Shown one piece after another: positions 8,106-16,339 of a stretch of DNA of 29,216 nucleotides. Location: positions 1-29,216 of the IMG/VR virus record IMGVR_UViG_3300010362_000080. The stretch is one strand, 5' to 3'. Within the stretch, counting starts at the first letter, position 1. Each line of letters starts with the position of its first letter. The position numbers and the translations under genes are program-made. The notes beneath the pieces are model-generated. The model was not told where the DNA came from, did not search any database, and worked only from the letters and a program-made list of their open reading frames with translations. The DNA comes from a virus. Taxonomy: Duplodnaviria > Caudoviricetes.

Positions 8106-8534
8106 ATGATCGAACTTCAAACAGTTAAATTCGTCTCGGCGCTTCCGCCGATCTCCGTCGCCGGCGGCGCGAATGCCACGATGACCGTGGTTGACACCAA
8201 GGGTTTCCGACAGGTCGCGCTCGTGATTCAGGCCGGGCTGCTCGGCGCGAACGGCGTCGCCACGATTCAATGGCAGGAAAGCCACGAAGCGAACGGCGCC
8301 AACGCGGTGAATATCACGGGCGCGAACCACACGGCATTGGTTGACGCCGACGACAACAAAACCATCTGCACGTATCTCCAGCTTCTGGGGAATCGCAGGC
8401 GGTATTTGACGGCGATCATCACCGTCGGCTCGACGAACGCCTGTCTGCTCTCCGCGCTGGCGATCCTGAGCCGCGCTGAGGAAGCCCCGAACACGGCGGC
8501 TGAGCGCGGTTTGCTCGAACAGAAATTCGTATGA
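8106..8534 (+). CDS. Capsid-associated (decoration/cement-like) protein
   Basis: AGGAG SD. Beta-rich 142 aa with VDTKGF and RRYL motifs, directly after the capsid gene. Confidence 0.55.
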   Translation: MIELQTVKFVSALPPISVAGGANATMTVVDTKGFRQVALVIQAGLLGANGVATIQWQESHEANGANAVNITGANHTALVDADDNKTICTYLQLLGNRRRYLTAIITVGSTNACLLSALAILSRAEEAPNTAAERGLLEQKFV

Positions 8535-9223
8535 AAACGCTCTATACGCTCAACGTTGATGGATATTCACCGCGCATTTGCGAGGTGACGTATCCGCTGT
8601 TGAGACGTTATGCGGAGAAGATCGGCGCCGAGTTTTTCGTAATCACCGAGCGGAAGTCCCCAGAGCTTCCGCCGGTGATCGAAAAACTCCAAATCTACGA
8701 TATCGCGCGCGAGCGCGGCGACGATTGGATCGTGTTCTTTGATTCGGACGCGCTTGTTCATCCGGACATGCCCGATGTGACGGAGATATGCCCCTTTGAT
8801 TCGGTCATGCATAACGCCACGGATTACGCGTCGTGTCGATTCACGTATGACGACTACTTTCGCCGCGACGGGCGGCATATCGGCTCGGGTAATTGGTTCA
8901 CGGTCGCGTCGCGCTGGTGTCTGGACCTCTGGCATCCGCTGGAGGATATGACGTTTGATGAGGCCGTCGCGCGCATCAAGCCGACGGCGCTGGAAAGAAA
9001 CGCCGCCATCAAGCCGGATCACCTGATTGACGACTTCATTCTGTCCCGCAATATCGCGCGCTATGGATTGAAGGCGATTTCATTTCGCAAGATCGTGGCC
9101 GAACTCGGACAACTCGACACTTCCTATCTCTGGCATCACTACTTGCTAACTGAGGATCAGAAGCTGGCCGGAATGAAAAAGGTGTTGGAGTTATGGACGG
9201 GCGGCGCGATCAGGTACGAATGA
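8531..9223 (+). CDS. Glycosyltransferase-like protein (GT-A, DxD motif)
   Basis: YAEKIGAEF, EKLQIY and DWIVFFDSDALV resemble nucleotide-diphospho-sugar transferases. ATGA-coupled to the upstream gene. Confidence 0.65.
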   Translation: MKTLYTLNVDGYSPRICEVTYPLLRRYAEKIGAEFFVITERKSPELPPVIEKLQIYDIARERGDDWIVFFDSDALVHPDMPDVTEICPFDSVMHNATDYASCRFTYDDYFRRDGRHIGSGNWFTVASRWCLDLWHPLEDMTFDEAVARIKPTALERNAAIKPDHLIDDFILSRNIARYGLKAISFRKIVAELGQLDTSYLWHHYLLTEDQKLAGMKKVLELWTGGAIRYE

Positions 9224-9405
9224 TGGCAACCAAGCGGATAAAACTAATCAAGGCCTGGAATATGTTCGCGCCTGGCGCCGAGGTGGAATTTCAGACGTCG
9301 GTCGCTGATCTGCTGATTCAGAGAGGCCGCGCGGAAGAGGTTAAGCCGGTGCAGGCGCCTGCGCCGGTGATTAAGCCGAAGAAGTCGAAGAGAAAAGGTA
9401 AATGA
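9220..9405 (+). CDS. Small basic head-region protein
   Basis: ATG 9220 overlaps the upstream stop. KRIKLIKAW...ADLLIQRGRAEEV plus a Lys-rich tail. Confidence 0.6.
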   Translation: MMATKRIKLIKAWNMFAPGAEVEFQTSVADLLIQRGRAEEVKPVQAPAPVIKPKKSKRKGK

Positions 9406-10049
9406 CGCCGAAATTCACAACTGATTGGCACACGCACGCGATTCCGGTATGGCGGAAGGTACTCGAACCGTATAGAGGCCAACCCGACGTGCGCGTGTTG
9501 GAGATCGGGTGCTTTGAGGGACGGTCAACAGTGTGGCTGCTGGAGAATGTATTGACGCATGCCGATGCTCATATTGATTGCGTAGACACCTTCGAGGGAA
9601 GCGTTGAGCATAGGGGGATGGGCTTAAACCTCGGCGATCTGCATGTCCAATTCTTGATGAATATTGAGCCATATAGGGGAAAGGTTTCCGTATATCGAGG
9701 GCCATCTCAAGAAATCTTGCGAGATCGCTGGCTCACCTTGGGTCAATACGACTTCGTCTACATAGACGGCTCGCACGCGTCGGCCGACGTCCTAGAAGAC
9801 GCCGTGTTGAGCTTCCGGCTTCTGAAGGTTGGGGGCTTGATGATCTTCGACGATTACGCGTGGGACGGTGGCGGCCCTACCGAGTTCGACAACCCGAGGC
9901 GCGGGATTGACGCTTTTTATTACGCCTACGGAAATCAATTGCAGCGCGCCCACGTATCTTATCAGGCGATATTCCGCCGTGTGGCCGAACCTAGCGAACC
10001 GGAACCGGAATCGCCCGGATTCGCAGAGATGATTCAGAAACTTATTTAA
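9402..10049 (+). CDS. Class I SAM-dependent methyltransferase (Methyltransf_24-like)
   Basis: VLEIGCFEGRS (motif I), CVDTF, YDFVYIDGSH and LKVGGLMIFDDY. Confidence 0.88.
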   Translation: MTPKFTTDWHTHAIPVWRKVLEPYRGQPDVRVLEIGCFEGRSTVWLLENVLTHADAHIDCVDTFEGSVEHRGMGLNLGDLHVQFLMNIEPYRGKVSVYRGPSQEILRDRWLTLGQYDFVYIDGSHASADVLEDAVLSFRLLKVGGLMIFDDYAWDGGGPTEFDNPRRGIDAFYYAYGNQLQRAHVSYQAIFRRVAEPSEPEPESPGFAEMIQKLI

Positions 10050-10052
10050 CCT

Positions 10053-10523
10053 ATGCCGACGGTAGAAGACCATAAAGAGGCGGCGCTGGCTCAGTTGAGA
10101 ATGTTGGTCCAGCCAGACGATACGCCGCTACTTGATGATGTCGAGCTGAATTCGATTCTCGACAGCGTACAGCGCGCATCTTTCTGGGCGCTCTCGACGG
10201 CATTCACCTTCGGCGCCGTCGTGTTGCCGGTTACAAAGAACGGCCATCGCTATCGAGTGGTAAGTGCTGGAACGACAGCGGCGACCGAGCCCACCTGGCC
10301 GACGCGGGACGGCGCCGTAATTACCGACGGCACGGTCACATGGCAGGAAGCCGGGGCGGATTTCGATAACGTCTTTGATGTCCGGGCCGCGGCAGAGCAG
10401 GCGTGGACGCTGAAACAATCGAAGGTGGCGCAGTTGTTCGACGTTGGATCGGACAAATTGTCGCAGATCACGGAACAATGCAAGCAGATGGCTGAGGCGT
10501 TCGCGCCTATCAAGTTCGCATAG
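10053..10523 (+). CDS. Head-tail adaptor-like protein with an inserted Trp/Thr-rich beta module
   Basis: Helical termini (LRMLV...LDDVELNSIL; DVRAAAEQAW..K) flank NGHRYRVVSAGTT..EPTWP...DGTVTW. Position fits an adaptor. Confidence 0.6.
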   Translation: MPTVEDHKEAALAQLRMLVQPDDTPLLDDVELNSILDSVQRASFWALSTAFTFGAVVLPVTKNGHRYRVVSAGTTAATEPTWPTRDGAVITDGTVTWQEAGADFDNVFDVRAAAEQAWTLKQSKVAQLFDVGSDKLSQITEQCKQMAEAFAPIKFA

Positions 10524-10527
10524 CGAT

Positions 10528-10806
10528 ATGGCGCTGATCACTAAAAGATGTTCGGCTCGCGGCTCTACAACGATTTTTACGATTGATGATGTTACGGAGC
10601 GGGTCACGCAGGTTTCATGGATCGCCGTCGCTAACGCAATGACGATCAGGATTTTTGACAATTTAGGAACTGTCTTACTTGAGATAGATACCGCCGTGGA
10701 CGTGTCGCCGATCGCGGTTGATTTCCCCGCGAGGTTGGTCGAGATCGAAAGGCCGTTGCAGTCGCCGAAATCCTATCTGTCTCCCATATTCGCGGTCTTC
10801 TGGTAA
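10528..10806 (+). CDS. Hypothetical virion-region protein
   Basis: ATG 10528 just after the upstream stop. TAATG overlap with the next gene. Confidence 0.55.
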   Translation: MALITKRCSARGSTTIFTIDDVTERVTQVSWIAVANAMTIRIFDNLGTVLLEIDTAVDVSPIAVDFPARLVEIERPLQSPKSYLSPIFAVFW

Positions 10807-11603
10807 TGGCATATCGAGACTCGACAACAGCTTCTGGCAATAGCGACACGCCGTCGGTCAGCGTGCCTGCGGGGGTGCAGTCGGGTGACATTGTCATTCT
10901 GGTCGCTACGATCGATGCCTCGGCGGCTGTGTTCGATCCCGGCGATTACCCTTCCGGCTTTACCGAACTCCACGACGTTGACGTCACATTCGACGGACAC
11001 TCGATGTCGGTCTCCTGGAAGCGGCTGAGCGCGGCGGATGCAGGGTCTTACACCTTCGGGGCGCTCGGGGCGTCCGGGGATTGGATATGTCAGGCGTACG
11101 CTTTCAGCGGCAGATCGCCAAGCAGCGATCCGACCTCGACGTCGAACATTCAGAATTCTAGCCAGTCGTCGCCGGTCACGGTCTCGGCGACAGGCGTGAC
11201 GGCGGTCGCCGGCGATGATTTGCTGTGGATTTCCGCGCCGGACGTGAATTTGAACGACGTGGGCACGGGTCACACGCCGCCGGCGAGCTTTGCCGAAAAA
11301 GAAGACGCCGAGAACGCATGGTCAAACTTATCCGGCGCGACGCAAGAGAATGTCGGCGCGGGCGCGACGGGCACTGTCAGCGGGACATTCACGATGGCCA
11401 GCAACAATTGCGGATGGGCGGCGTTTCTGGTCCGCATTCCCGCAGACACCGGACCGCCGGGCGGTTTTTGGCAACTGGAGGAAAGTACCGATAAGTGGCT
11501 GCTTGAAGACGGCTCAGGACTATGGACGCTGGAAGAGACGTTAGACGCCGATTTTCCAGCCGCGCCTGGGCGCAATTGGCAGAATACGTTGATCAGGATG
11601 TGA
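10806..11603 (+). CDS. Ser/Thr-rich beta-sandwich virion accessory protein
   Basis: Shares a domain with the interior of 25220..27406. C-terminal WLLEDGSGLWTLE motif. Confidence 0.7.
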   Translation: MAYRDSTTASGNSDTPSVSVPAGVQSGDIVILVATIDASAAVFDPGDYPSGFTELHDVDVTFDGHSMSVSWKRLSAADAGSYTFGALGASGDWICQAYAFSGRSPSSDPTSTSNIQNSSQSSPVTVSATGVTAVAGDDLLWISAPDVNLNDVGTGHTPPASFAEKEDAENAWSNLSGATQENVGAGATGTVSGTFTMASNNCGWAAFLVRIPADTGPPGGFWQLEESTDKWLLEDGSGLWTLEETLDADFPAAPGRNWQNTLIRM

Positions 11604-11604
11604 T

Positions 11605-12261
11605 ATGGCCAATACCAAGATAAGCGCAGCAACAAATAATCCTACCGTGGCTGCTACAGATGAATTTGCTACCAATAAGGCGGGGGCCTCTAATAGGACT
11701 CCCGCATCAGCACTGGCTACATATGTCAAAGGCGTAAGCGAACTCTTCAACGCTTCAACTGCCTCGCAGTCAGGATTTTCGTCAGATACGTATTTGACTA
11801 ATTCAAATATCGCCATCCCTGCAAACAATCCGCAGGCCAAGACGATGTATCGCTGTGTTTTTCGCGCTACGAAAACCGGCGCAGGGACTGCGACAGCGGT
11901 CATCAATGTCAGGATCGGGACCAATGGAACCACTGCCGACACCGCCAGATGCGTTATTACTTTTCCGACAGCGCAGACGGCCGCTACGGATAGCGCGTTG
12001 ATGGAAATCTGGGCAACGTTCAGATCGGTAGGAGGCGGCACTTCGGCAGTTCTTCAAGTTGCTTTTCGAATGCATCGGACGAACACAACAACAGGATTCA
12101 TAAGCACCGGCGGACTGCAAGTGACGTTTATAGACGTGACTTCCAGCGGATTCGATTCGACTGTGGCTAATAGCATTATAGGAGTAAGCATCAACGCGGG
12201 GGCATCGGCCAACTGGACGGTGGCGTTAGCTCAAGCGGAACTTATTAACTTGTCGGTTTAA
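11605..12261 (+). CDS. Fiber-like virion accessory protein
   Basis: MANTKIS N-terminus, Thr/Ala/Ser-rich, beta-rich C-terminal domain. Confidence 0.7.
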   Translation: MANTKISAATNNPTVAATDEFATNKAGASNRTPASALATYVKGVSELFNASTASQSGFSSDTYLTNSNIAIPANNPQAKTMYRCVFRATKTGAGTATAVINVRIGTNGTTADTARCVITFPTAQTAATDSALMEIWATFRSVGGGTSAVLQVAFRMHRTNTTTGFISTGGLQVTFIDVTSSGFDSTVANSIIGVSINAGASANWTVALAQAELINLSV

Positions 12262-12275
12262 AATATGAGGAAGCA

Positions 12276-12593
12276 ATGCTTTAAGAAGTTTGGGGGACCA
12301 CCAATATAGTAAACCCAAGTTCTGGCTCTAATCTTGAACGAAATATTAAATGGGACGGAGGAAGAGGTTTGCTTTATATCAACACCTTTTCTACTACTGG
12401 AAGTGACCAGATGAATTTTGCATTCTCTACAACGTATGGTAGTGGCGCTTCTATAAATATTCCCATCAATACTTTCAATGCAGATGCAACATATTCGTTT
12501 GAGATGCCGGAAGGGTGGCTTACTTTTACTTTTTCATTAACTGCCAATGAAAGCGTTAGTTGGGATAGAGTAGTTATTCTCTCGACAGATTAG
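12276..12593 (+). pseudogene. AT-rich ORF with an in-frame stop at codon 3 (or a short gene from TTG 12369)
   Basis: GAGG SD, then ATG CTT TAA (12276-12284). The same frame stays open to TAG 12593. Confidence 0.4.
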
Positions 12594-12612
12594 TTTGGCT
12601 TAGGAGTAACAA

Positions 12613-13113
12613 ATGGGTCGAGTCTACACGGTACACGGTGAAAACCTGACGCTCGGCACCGGAAGCGTTCTAGTTGCCCTGCAAACCGCCGCAACGGTAT
12701 CAGCCGCCGCAATAGTTCGCCCGCTGCGGGTGGAAGCGACGCAGAGCGGATCGACAACGAGCGCACAAGCGAGGCTGTTGTTTTCAACCCGCGACACGGC
12801 GGGTACCCTGACAACCACCAGCGTAACTCCGACAAATACCGACTTGGCCGGTCCAGCGTCAGGGCTGTCGGGCAATACGAGCGTAATCGGCGGCGCCGGA
12901 CGAATCGGGATCAACTCCTCCGCGGATTCGGGCGGTACCTACACCAATCACTTCGCCGCCGCGTTCAACGTGCTAAATGGTTATATGTATCTGCCAGTTC
13001 CGGAGGAGCGGATTGTAGTGCCCGCTTCAACTGTATGGTGTGTCAGGTTTGCCGCGGCGCCGGCGTCAACTACGGGCTGGACAATCCTGCTCGTATACGA
13101 GGAAGTCTATTGA
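12613..13113 (+). CDS. Virion accessory protein (beta-rich)
   Basis: AGGAG SD. Thr/Ser/Ala-rich 166 aa inside the structural operon. Confidence 0.75.
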   Translation: MGRVYTVHGENLTLGTGSVLVALQTAATVSAAAIVRPLRVEATQSGSTTSAQARLLFSTRDTAGTLTTTSVTPTNTDLAGPASGLSGNTSVIGGAGRIGINSSADSGGTYTNHFAAAFNVLNGYMYLPVPEERIVVPASTVWCVRFAAAPASTTGWTILLVYEEVY

Positions 13114-13116
13114 TAG

Positions 13117-14376
13117 ATGCCTGTTTATCGCCCATATCAACAGCCGCAGCAGGGGCCGAAGATCGCGCCGCTGGTGCAGGTCGGTGGGGCTGTGGCACTG
13201 GAAGCGAGGGCGGCAGGCGGATCGAGTCTCAGAGGGGCCGCAAACGTGGCATATGCGCTTGGCTCTCGACTCGTCGGCACAAGTAGGACCCTGGCGCAGT
13301 CTTCGATAGCTCGGACCATAGCCGCCAGCGCGGCAGGTAGAACGGCGACGCGGGCAGCGACCGGAATAGCGCGATCTTTGACAGTTAATGCCTTTGGCCG
13401 GACCAGAACGCTGGCGAATGCCATTGTGGCGCGCGCTCTGGCAGTGCGATCGGTCGGCAGTTCGCTTACGCAATTGTCTTTTGCCGCCTCGGGCGCGATT
13501 GCGGCAAGGGTTACCGCGGGCGCCAGAGTGGTTGGATCGCTGATCGCGTCGCGGGCATTAACCGCCAATGCTAGCGCGAGAACAATGGTCCGGGCCGCTC
13601 AAAATGTCGCTTATGCGCTGTCGGCGCGATCCGTGGGGCGGACAGCGACCAGGGCCGGGGCGCGCGCCGCCTATGCGTTATCTGCAAGGATCAGCGCAGG
13701 CGCCGCGTCGGTTGCTGGCCAAAAGATCAACCGGGCGATTTCAGCGGTAATTCGCGCCACGGCCTCAGTCGGATCAAGTTTGCCGCCCGTCTTCGTTGAG
13801 GTCGTCCCATTCGTCCGGGCATTGTTGCGGGCCTCAATGCGGGTGGCTGGACTGGGAGCGTCAATGGACAGGCCCAGCGCCACGGCGAGCGTGCGGAAAG
13901 CCGAGGCTATTTCAATGTCGGTAAATGATCCGGCGATCTCGGGGAGCGCCAAAATCAGAAGGCCGATAGTGGTAAGCGCAGTAAATATGATTGCCAAGAA
14001 TGTCACTTTAAAAGGGTACGTAATCGGCGATGACACGGAGATCGCTTTCGAGTTGACCGATTGGCCGGCGGGCGTCCTGCTCTCGAAGGCTTATTTTACG
14101 GTCAAGAAGAGTCTTAAGGACGCCGACGGCGCGGCAATCATTCAGCGCTCGATTACGTCGAGTCTTACCGCGCAAGGCAAGATCACGGCCAACGGCTCGC
14201 TTGGAACGGCTGAAGGTTATTTTTTGATTAGGCATCAGGACGCGGAGTGGACGAATGTAAAGCCTGATCTCGACTATTACTTCGACATTCAACCGATCAC
14301 GGATCAAGCGACGGTGCAGACGCCGATTGTCGGCACGATTGCCTTCATAAAGGGACGAACGGACGCCACGTCATAG
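13117..14376 (+). CDS. Fiber-like protein with ten 20-aa repeats and a C-terminal BppU-like domain
   Basis: Exact 20-residue periodicity from residue 27. C-terminal GDDTEIAFEL...AYFTVKK...YYFDIQ...GTIAF. Confidence 0.7.
   Translation: MPVYRPYQQPQQGPKIAPLVQVGGAVALEARAAGGSSLRGAANVAYALGSRLVGTSRTLAQSSIARTIAASAAGRTATRAATGIARSLTVNAFGRTRTLANAIVARALAVRSVGSSLTQLSFAASGAIAARVTAGARVVGSLIASRALTANASARTMVRAAQNVAYALSARSVGRTATRAGARAAYALSARISAGAASVAGQKINRAISAVIRATASVGSSLPPVFVEVVPFVRALLRASMRVAGLGASMDRPSATASVRKAEAISMSVNDPAISGSAKIRRPIVVSAVNMIAKNVTLKGYVIGDDTEIAFELTDWPAGVLLSKAYFTVKKSLKDADGAAIIQRSITSSLTAQGKITANGSLGTAEGYFLIRHQDAEWTNVKPDLDYYFDIQPITDQATVQTPIVGTIAFIKGRTDATS
13195..13794 (+). repeat. Degenerate 60-nt (20-aa) tandem coding repeat, about 10 units
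   Basis: Units include ALEARAAGGSSLRGAANVAY, ALTANASARTMVRAAQNVAY and ALSARSVGRTATRAGARAAY. Confidence 0.75.
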
Positions 14377-14387
14377 GGGAATAGATT

Positions 14388-15038
14388 ATGCCGGGAAGTA
14401 AATCAGACTTTTTAGAAAATAAACTGCTCGACCACGTAGTCGGTAATCAAGCATATACGGCGCCTACCAATATCCATGTGGCGCTCTTCACAGTCGCGCC
14501 GACCGATTCAGGCGGCGGTACGGAAGTGACCGGCGGCTCATATGCGCGCGTTCAGGTGACGAATAACAATACGAACTTTCCCAACGCTTCGAGCGGTCTC
14601 AAACAAAACGGCACGGCGATCACCTTCGCGCAGGCCTCGGCGGATTGGGGAACGATTGTCGCGTTTGGACTGTTCGACGCCTCGACGTCTGGAAATTTGC
14701 TTTATTGGGGATGGCTCGGCACTGACGATGGCGACCTGTTTACGGCGACAGTCGCTGACGTTCTGACCGCTCCAGGCCACTCCGTCGTCAACGATAATGT
14801 GGTTCGGATTCTAATCGTGCCAGGTGGCACGCTGCCGACAGGATTAACTGAAGGGACAACTTACTTCGTGATCTCCCAATCGGGCGATACGTTTTCATTA
14901 TCCACGACTCAGGGCGGCGGCGCGGTCAATATCACGGCCTCCGGCTCGGGTCTGGTCGCAAAAATTACGACAAAACCCGTGCTAAACGGCGATACGCCGT
15001 CTTTTGCTATTAATGCTCTACAAATCCGAGAAGATTGA
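14388..15038 (+). CDS. Conserved virion structural protein with an inserted beta domain
   Basis: SDFLENKLLDH, VALFT, TEVTGGSYARV, WGTIVAFGLFDA and GNLLYWG are typical of a common phage structural family. Confidence 0.8.
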   Translation: MPGSKSDFLENKLLDHVVGNQAYTAPTNIHVALFTVAPTDSGGGTEVTGGSYARVQVTNNNTNFPNASSGLKQNGTAITFAQASADWGTIVAFGLFDASTSGNLLYWGWLGTDDGDLFTATVADVLTAPGHSVVNDNVVRILIVPGGTLPTGLTEGTTYFVISQSGDTFSLSTTQGGGAVNITASGSGLVAKITTKPVLNGDTPSFAINALQIRED

Positions 15039-15044
15039 GTAGGA

Positions 15045-15437
15045 ATGGCTGGACTTCTCACAAAATCGCATTTGCAAAGGCTCAACGCCCTACACCGCAT
15101 CCGTCACGCGCTCCAGGGCGAAGAGCCAACGATTACCCTTCTGAAGCGCGGGACACTAAATGCGCTTGTGGAGCTGATCTCGCTAGACACCGGCTGGACT
15201 TATAGCGATCGTGAGAAGGACGGAAGTAGATTGCATCCGTCGGCGATGTTCGAACTGCAGATCGCCGAGGAATTGATCACATCGAGCGAAGTTTATCAAA
15301 CCGTGGCCGTCCAGCACGGCACGCAGCGGTTTTCAATCGCGCGAATCACTCCCGGCGAGCCGGGAATCTTTCCGCCGGCGGGACTTCAGCGCTATTGGCG
15401 CTTCTGGCTCGCGCCGCTGGAGGAGATCGCGTCATGA
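15045..15437 (+). CDS. Head-closure-like neck protein
   Basis: 130 aa. Assigned by position before the gp10-like and terminator-like genes. Confidence 0.5.
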   Translation: MAGLLTKSHLQRLNALHRIRHALQGEEPTITLLKRGTLNALVELISLDTGWTYSDREKDGSRLHPSAMFELQIAEELITSSEVYQTVAVQHGTQRFSIARITPGEPGIFPPAGLQRYWRFWLAPLEEIAS

Positions 15438-15829
15438 GAACTGAGGTAATCATCGCTCCTGAAGTCAGGCGGGGGGTAATCGGCGACTTGAAGCAGATTA
15501 TCGAAAAAGACTTGACCGATTTGCGAGAGACCATATTCGAAGAATTCGAAGCGCCGAAGACCGGCCGGCAATATCGTCGCCCAGGCGGCGGCACATATCG
15601 AGCGTCGGCGCCGGGAGAGCCGCCGGCCATCCGCACCAGATACCTGCGAGATTCAGTCACGGAGCCGCGCGTGCAGGAAGTGTCGCCGGGGGTGGTTGGT
15701 CAGATCGAGATCACGGCGCCGTATGCGGAAGGCCTGGAGGAAGGCACTAAACGGGTCGCGCCGCGCCCATTCGTTATACCGGCGATTGACGCCCTTCTAA
15801 AAGGCCTCGGCCGGATCGGAGTGCGATAA
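15434..15829 (+). CDS. HK97 gp10-like tail completion/neck protein
   Basis: ASAPGEPPAIRT..LRDS and YAEGLEEGTKRVAPRPF motifs. Start reassigned to ATG 15434 (GGAG SD, ATGA overlap). Confidence 0.8.
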   Translation: MRTEVIIAPEVRRGVIGDLKQIIEKDLTDLRETIFEEFEAPKTGRQYRRPGGGTYRASAPGEPPAIRTRYLRDSVTEPRVQEVSPGVVGQIEITAPYAEGLEEGTKRVAPRPFVIPAIDALLKGLGRIGVR

Positions 15830-16327
15830 ATGGCTAGCGAATTCGAGATCAGGGAGGCGATTGTGGCGCGAATCCAGAGCGCCCTATCCGTATTCACGCC
15901 GGCGGCGATCGTTCTGTCGCGCGACATAACCGGAATTCTGGAGTCGGGGACCTATAGCGGATTGCTCGATACCGCGAACAAAATTCACGTCTGGGTAGTC
16001 ACGCAGCGGGCAGCGCTTCCGGACGATATACGGCAGGGCGGAACGCTGTACGAGTTGGATTACGATCTGACGCAAATCATTCAGTACCGAAGCGGATCAG
16101 ACACGTCGAATTCGGATAAGGAAGCGAGCATCGAGCGCGACGCAGTGACCAACGCCTTTCGCTACGTCGGGGAACTGCCGGACATTCTGAAGCGCGCGCG
16201 TGTACAGCCAATCGAATGGCCCGTCGGCGCGATTGACAGACCTGAGCCGATCACGCGCGGGACGGCGCGGCAGTCAAAGGCGATTTTGCGCGCAAGCAAT
16301 TTTTACGGACCTACTACGTGTAGTTAA
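15830..16327 (+). CDS. Tail terminator-like protein
   Basis: IREAIVARI N-terminus. Lies immediately before the major tail protein. Confidence 0.55.
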   Translation: MASEFEIREAIVARIQSALSVFTPAAIVLSRDITGILESGTYSGLLDTANKIHVWVVTQRAALPDDIRQGGTLYELDYDLTQIIQYRSGSDTSNSDKEASIERDAVTNAFRYVGELPDILKRARVQPIEWPVGAIDRPEPITRGTARQSKAILRASNFYGPTTCS

Positions 16328-16339
16328 TCGGAGGAATCA

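Noticed and set aside
9402-10049. DNA methyltransferase or Mom-like function, suggested by the com gene
   Set aside because: No DPPY/NPPY or PC catalytic motif. The IDGSH and IFDDY motifs fit small-molecule or sugar methyltransferases.
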